A DNA stretch of 64,000 nt from a candidate division FCPU426 bacterium (GTDB lineage: Bacteria; Oederibacteriota; PGYV01; Palsa-1178). The DNA is taken from positions 288,001 through 352,000 of the forward strand of contig CAWIXE010000003.1 in NCBI GenBank assembly GCA_963840035.1. Direction: 5' to 3'. The translations under genes were made by a program, and so were the position numbers. The notes under the pieces are model-generated. The model searched no databases. It was not told where the DNA came from and saw only the letters and a program-made list of their open reading frames with translations. Of this stretch, positions 59,322-64,000 are shown piece by piece. Position 1 is the stretch's first letter. Each line of letters opens with the position of its first letter.

Positions 59322-59604
59322 GGATTACAGGGTTTAATTACTAATTACCAATGACTAATTACAAATTAAGGAATGATGTGTTTGTTTGGTAGCCGCAGCC
59401 TTCAGGCTGCGTAAGGCAGGGTTTAGATCCCGTAGGGGCGAGTCGGTGACTCGCCCGTAGCGAGGGAAGTTAAGGCCGGCCTTAAGGACTAAGGCCGGGC
59501 GAGCCACCGGCTCGCCCCTACGAAAACAGGACGAAGACAGGACAACGAAAAATACAAAGGCGGTTTATTTGAAGAATACGGCGTGGAACATAAAAGGACT
59601 TTTG

Positions 59605-60816
59605 ATGCGGGACAGAGGGTGTGTCGGGATTAAGAGCGTGGATGACGCGGAGCTTGACGCCTGCGCTAGGCGCATACTTATCGTTCCTGCAATACAGCGA
59701 GCATCCATCCGCCTGGTATTTATCATTGCGGCGCTTGTCTTTGTCATGATGCCCGCGGCGCTTCACGCCGAGAGTTATGTTAACGTAAAGTACCTGGAAA
59801 GCCAGCCCGGAATAAGCGTGGAATACAACTGGCAGCAGGCGCTGATAATTGTAAGGGGTAAGGCGGGTGAAGCCACGATAATACTGAATTACCCGTACGT
59901 CACTTCCGGTAAAAATATAGCCAGGATTGACACCCCACCGTTTATTGAAAATGGCAAGCTTTTTATAAGCCAGATGACTTCAGACAAGATAATGGAGTTT
60001 GTCAATGAAACACGGATTGCGCAGGCGACAGCTGTGGTTGTTAAGGTAGTCACGGCAAAACCGGCGAACACACCAATACCGGCGCCGACAAAAGAGGCTG
60101 TGGTAATCGCGACGTTAATACCCGAACCCACAAAGGAAATAATCCGGGTCGAAGAATCTTCAAAATCAAACCAGAGAAAGCTCATAGTCATAGACCCGGG
60201 TCACGGAGGAAATGACCCCGGGGCAATAGGCAAAGAGGGGCTGCAGGAAAAGGACGTGGTCCTGCCTGTGGCGGAAAAAGTGGAAAGGTATTTAAAAAGC
60301 AAGGGCCTTGATGTACTCATAACCAGGAACTCGGATAAATTCATAACCCTTAAAAACAGGGCTTATTTTGCCAATGACAGAAAAGCGGATTTATTCGTTT
60401 CCATACACTGTAACGCCTCCCCTGACAGGGCAGCCATGGGCACAAGGGCGTACATTTACAGCCGGGTGGCGTCCTCAAAAGCCGCGGCAGAGGCAGCCAA
60501 GTGGGAAAATAAGGACGTAGGCGCTTTTGAATTTTTGCTTAATGACCTGCGCAAAGGCGCGTATGAATACCTAAGCATAGAAGCCGCCGGAAACATCCAG
60601 CACAACCTGGTCAGCGAGCTGAAACTAAAGTGGGAACCCACAGAGCGCGCGCCGTTTTACGTGCTGGCAAACACAAACATGCCCTCAGTGCTTGTGGAAA
60701 TCGCATTCATATCAAACCCTAAAGAAGAAGAAAAATTAGATTCTGACGGGTTCAGGTCAAAAGTTGCTGAAGGTATTGGCAGCGGTGTTATGCAGTACCT
60801 TGAAAAGATCAAATAA
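59605..60816 (+). CDS. N-acetylmuramoyl-L-alanine amidase (Amidase_3)
   Basis: IDPGHGG, EKDV, SIHCN, FYVL, PSVLVEIAFISN; start codon uncertain. Confidence 0.92.
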   Translation: MRDRGCVGIKSVDDAELDACARRILIVPAIQRASIRLVFIIAALVFVMMPAALHAESYVNVKYLESQPGISVEYNWQQALIIVRGKAGEATIILNYPYVTSGKNIARIDTPPFIENGKLFISQMTSDKIMEFVNETRIAQATAVVVKVVTAKPANTPIPAPTKEAVVIATLIPEPTKEIIRVEESSKSNQRKLIVIDPGHGGNDPGAIGKEGLQEKDVVLPVAEKVERYLKSKGLDVLITRNSDKFITLKNRAYFANDRKADLFVSIHCNASPDRAAMGTRAYIYSRVASSKAAAEAAKWENKDVGAFEFLLNDLRKGAYEYLSIEAAGNIQHNLVSELKLKWEPTERAPFYVLANTNMPSVLVEIAFISNPKEEEKLDSDGFRSKVAEGIGSGVMQYLEKIK

Positions 60817-60963
60817 TAATTACCAATTACCAATGACTAATTACGAATAAGGAATCATCTCCCTGTAGGGGCCGCCCCATGTGGCGGCCTGGACGAAGGA
60901 TTATAATGGGGGAAATTGAAGTTGTAGGGGCGATTCACGAATCGCCCAAAGGAAGGATCTGAA

Positions 60964-62298
60964 GTGGGAAAAAACAAAATAAAAATAGTAACCGTAATAA
61001 TATTCGTGTTTTTGTTCGTAATTGCGCGTGCAGAAGAAACAGACGCCCTTAAACAGGATCCCTGGTGGTTTGGCGGGATGAACCGTCTTGCAGCGATGGG
61101 GGGGTTATCTTTTTCGCTTTTTGACATATCGGTAAAAAATGACGCTTATGACTACGATTATATATCCGCAATGGTTTTCAGGGACAAGAAAAACATAGTG
61201 TCAATATCCCCTTCTATAAACATTGGCAGGAATAAACTGGATTATTCGGTTAATGTTTTCAGAAATAACCAATATATGACCGGACTATGGCTTACAAATG
61301 ATGACTGTCTTATTTTGAAGCCGGTATATTTAAAAACAAATTTTATCGATGGAGATTATAATACAAGCAAATACCTTTTTTCTTTTGACCTGCAGTATGC
61401 GCGCAGGCTTTCGGAAAAAACCGCAGCTGGAGCAAGGCTGCGGTATCTGTCGTCTGAAGACAGTTCAAACATGCCGTTTTATGCAAGCACAGATATGCGC
61501 TATAGGATTGACTGGTCGGTCGATTATTCGTGGACCGGCAATGCGGAAGAATACGGTAAGCTGTTTGGCCCTGACGCAAAAATAGCGTACTCGGTTGCCA
61601 TCGGGAACAGAAGGTCAAATGTATATGACTTTAGTGGTGTGGAAAGTTATCCGCACACCGGAACCATAGAAGGATGTAACAGGGAGTTTAATTTTAAATC
61701 AGGCACATATTTTTTAAAAAGAAATTCGTCAAATTTCTGCCTGGACTTATCATTTGCGAATACTATTACCACTGATAAAGACGGTTCGGGGCTTCTGCTG
61801 AACTTAGCTGTGCTTTCTAACCTGCTGGGTAATAGCCTGGAGGAGCGCGGTAATAATGACATTGTTGAAAGCAGGACGAAAACGGGATATTTTGGGATTG
61901 GCGTTGATGGGGAAGTGGCGTTTAAATGGGTTATTTATAAGAACTGGATTTTAAGCGGTAAAAAAATCCTTACAGCGTATTTTGAAAAAAATAGTAATAT
62001 GCAGTTAGATATAAGCCAGAATCTCGGGCTCGGAATTTTGTGGAAAAATGACTGCCTGCTGACGGCGTTTGAATACGTTGAAGGATATGGGCTGCGGTTT
62101 GGCGCTGAAGGCAATATAAACAAAACCGTGTATTTACGGTCGGGCTATAACATAAACACCTATACTTCAGAAGAAAAAGCAAGCGCCGGGATAGGATTTG
62201 ATCTTAAGGATTTTATTGTTAATGCTTCCGTTTTAAAGGGGATAAAAAACAGCGATTATTCGACATATCTTATGGCGGATGTTAAGCTGATCTTTTAA
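60964..62298 (+). CDS. Putative outer-membrane beta-barrel protein
   Basis: Signal peptide, RLAAMGG plug-like start, aromatic-rich strands, terminal Phe. Confidence 0.6.
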   Translation: MGKNKIKIVTVIIFVFLFVIARAEETDALKQDPWWFGGMNRLAAMGGLSFSLFDISVKNDAYDYDYISAMVFRDKKNIVSISPSINIGRNKLDYSVNVFRNNQYMTGLWLTNDDCLILKPVYLKTNFIDGDYNTSKYLFSFDLQYARRLSEKTAAGARLRYLSSEDSSNMPFYASTDMRYRIDWSVDYSWTGNAEEYGKLFGPDAKIAYSVAIGNRRSNVYDFSGVESYPHTGTIEGCNREFNFKSGTYFLKRNSSNFCLDLSFANTITTDKDGSGLLLNLAVLSNLLGNSLEERGNNDIVESRTKTGYFGIGVDGEVAFKWVIYKNWILSGKKILTAYFEKNSNMQLDISQNLGLGILWKNDCLLTAFEYVEGYGLRFGAEGNINKTVYLRSGYNINTYTSEEKASAGIGFDLKDFIVNASVLKGIKNSDYSTYLMADVKLIF

Positions 62299-62307
62299 GA
62301 ACACATC

Positions 62308-63111
62308 TTACTTCTTCGCCAGAAACCTTATCGCCTTTTCCAGCTCTTCCACGTCTATAAACGTATCCTTGCACGGGCCGTGCGGCCTCTGGTTGGTTAT
62401 TGCAAGTATCGGCATAAAGTGCGGGGAATCCGCCATTCCTGAAATCAGGTCCCTTTCGCATGCCACTCCTATAATCGCGTCCGGCCTTATTTTTTTTACC
62501 ATCTGCCTGGCTGAGGAACCGCCGGTGGCTGTGAATACGTGACAGCCGTATTTTTGGACTATCTCGGTTACTTTTGTCCTGCTTTCCTTATCCAGGCAGC
62601 GGGGAAGGAGCACAAGCAGGTTTTGCGCGGCGAACTGTTTTTTTGTGGTGAATATCAGCGCGTTATTGACCTTTAACAATGAATGGCCTAATCTGTCCTT
62701 TGATATGCCGAACATGCCGCCTATTTTATACACAAGGGGATATATCCACTCAATATGAAGCCCGCTTTTTCTTCTTACGGGGATGAAGTTAATGTTTGTG
62801 GCGAGGGTCAACAGGAGCAGCAGAGTCCAGAAGTAAAGCGCGCCGAAAACTGAAATAACAACCCACATGACAACATTATCCAGAATCGGGTTAATGTCAT
62901 AAAGGCGGGGGGCTATAAGGTAGTAGACAAACATGGAAATTCCGGTCAATATAACAAGGGAGGCCATGTAGAAAATGACGAAAAGGCGTTTGCCTTCCTG
63001 AATTTTTCTCTCATATCCTGAAAGGTCGCCGACCCACTCAGACCACTCATCGCCGAGCTTGCGGTCGATGGACTCTTTAGTCGCGTCAGTTATCTTTTGT
63101 TCGTCAGTCAT
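62308..63111 (-). CDS. DUF116 family membrane protein
   Basis: LLPRCL, TGGSSAR, IGVACERDL, PHGPCKDT. Confidence 0.88.
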   Translation of the reverse strand: MTDEQKITDATKESIDRKLGDEWSEWVGDLSGYERKIQEGKRLFVIFYMASLVILTGISMFVYYLIAPRLYDINPILDNVVMWVVISVFGALYFWTLLLLLTLATNINFIPVRRKSGLHIEWIYPLVYKIGGMFGISKDRLGHSLLKVNNALIFTTKKQFAAQNLLVLLPRCLDKESRTKVTEIVQKYGCHVFTATGGSSARQMVKKIRPDAIIGVACERDLISGMADSPHFMPILAITNQRPHGPCKDTFIDVEELEKAIRFLAKK

Positions 63112-63159
63112 TTTGTCTCCCGTTGTTTAGGATGAGGTCTAAAGCCCAGAGCCCAAAGC

Positions 63160-64000
63160 TCAAGTAAAATCAAACCTTGGGCTATGGGCTTTGGGCTCTG
63201 CTTTATAAACCCCGAGTACCATCATCCGTCCGGTAACGCCTTTATCCCGCCTGTGCGAGTAGAAGAGTTCCGGGTTGTCCGATGTGCACATGGAGCAAAT
63301 ATGTATGTTTTTGACTTTCAAGCCTTCGGCTATAAGCAGGTTTTTAGCGCCCTGCCATAAGTTCATATATATTCCATCAGCTTTCTTCTTAAATATAGTA
63401 CTAAAAACCTTCTGCTTTTGCAATTTATATACTTCAGGCCCCACCTGGTAACAGCATGGACCGATTGCCGGGGAAACCGCGGCGATCAAATCCTTTGGAT
63501 TAGAACCGAACTCATTTTTCATGATCTTTATGGTTTTAGCTGGTATTTTATTGGCAATGCCGCGCCAGCCCGAGTGGACAGCGGCGATAACCTTATTTAC
63601 CGGGTCTATGATGACAGTCCCGACACAATCGGCAACCCGCACGCCTACGGCAAGTCCGGGGATGTCTGTTATCAGGGCATCAGCCTCTGTGTCTAAGATT
63701 TTGTTTAATTCCAGATTCTGGATTCCAGATTCTGGATTAACTTCGAACAACAAATACTGCGATTTTTTTATTTTGGGATTTGTGATTCGGGATTTGTGAT
63801 TATTGCCACAACTTTTTATGACAACCACCCCATCCCCGTGCACCTGTCTGGCCGCGCTGACGTACCTGATGCCGAGGGCCTTTTCCATGAGAAGTATGTT
63901 CTTAGCTATCTTCTTATCATCATCTTCGGTGTGTTTTCCTATATTGAGCGAACCAAACGGGCTCTTGCTTACACCGCCGATACGGGTAGTGAAGGTTTGG
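63160..64000 (-). CDS. pgeF: PgeF/YfiH family peptidoglycan editing factor (5'-partial)
   Basis: FTTRIGGVS, QVHG, ADCV, HSGWRG, PAIGPCCY, FYSHRRD..GRM; frame open to window end. Confidence 0.93.
   Translation of the reverse strand, partial: QTFTTRIGGVSKSPFGSLNIGKHTEDDDKKIAKNILLMEKALGIRYVSAARQVHGDGVVVIKSCGNNHKSRITNPKIKKSQYLLFEVNPESGIQNLELNKILDTEADALITDIPGLAVGVRVADCVGTVIIDPVNKVIAAVHSGWRGIANKIPAKTIKIMKNEFGSNPKDLIAAVSPAIGPCCYQVGPEVYKLQKQKVFSTIFKKKADGIYMNLWQGAKNLLIAEGLKVKNIHICSMCTSDNPELFYSHRRDKGVTGRMMVLGVYKAEPKAHSPRFDFT

Larger units (their letters stand above)
14246..59412. repeat. REP family B (dispersed): GGTAGCCGCA(G/A)CCTT(C/T)AGG(C/T)TGCG
   Basis: Copies near 14246, 19433-19569, 22808, 47729-47789, 54910, 59388. 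Confidence 0.88.
27126..59521. repeat. REPIN family A (dispersed): GTAGGGGCGAGTCGGTGACTCGCCC...GGGCGAGCCACCGGCTCGCCCCTAC
   Basis: Full copies 27126-27234, 40390-40485, 41883-41971, 42456-42544, 54954-55043, 56125-56245, 59432-59521; single arms 36572-36627 and 47804-47859. Confidence 0.93.
14200..60947. repeat. REP family G (dispersed): GGGCGATTCGTGAATCGCCCCTAC
   Basis: 34993-35016, 39501-39524, 60924-60947; variant at 14200-14227. Confidence 0.85.

Noticed and set aside
27126..59521. Recurrent palindromic repeats as a CRISPR array
   Set aside because: Dispersed, with no repeat-spacer periodicity and no cas genes; REPIN architecture fits.
1..64000. tRNA, rRNA or prophage genes
   Set aside because: None recognised by inspection; tRNAscan/Infernal were not run.

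Overview
Bacterial chromosomal window, apparently from a diderm (lipoproteins, outer-membrane barrel-like proteins, meso-DAP-type MurE); the taxon cannot be determined from sequence alone. All homology calls are by motif recognition, with no database searches run. Layout: (1) 1-7.8 kb housekeeping genes (scpB, rluB, pheA, purM, lemA, htpX, NifU-like, epimerase). (2) 8-39.3 kb accessory region with surface lipoproteins, a GH5-like hydrolase, two ECF sigma/anti-sigma modules (one with a carbohydrate-binding sensor, one divergent from an orphan flgD), several tandem paralog pairs, and a REP-associated HUH (Y1) transposase bracketed by three ~45-bp palindromes that also enclose two lipoprotein genes. 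(3) 39.9-64 kb complete dcw cluster (mraZ to ftsZ) with an unusual STAS gene before rsmH, then an amidase, a barrel protein, DUF116 and pgeF. Intergenic spaces are densely filled with at least eight families of REP/REPIN-like palindromes, some carrying nested mini-hairpin insertions, and with heptamer tandem repeats that have also entered murF and pgeF in frame. Three apparent single-base frameshifts (scpB, ftsA, a membrane gene) are most likely assembly errors.
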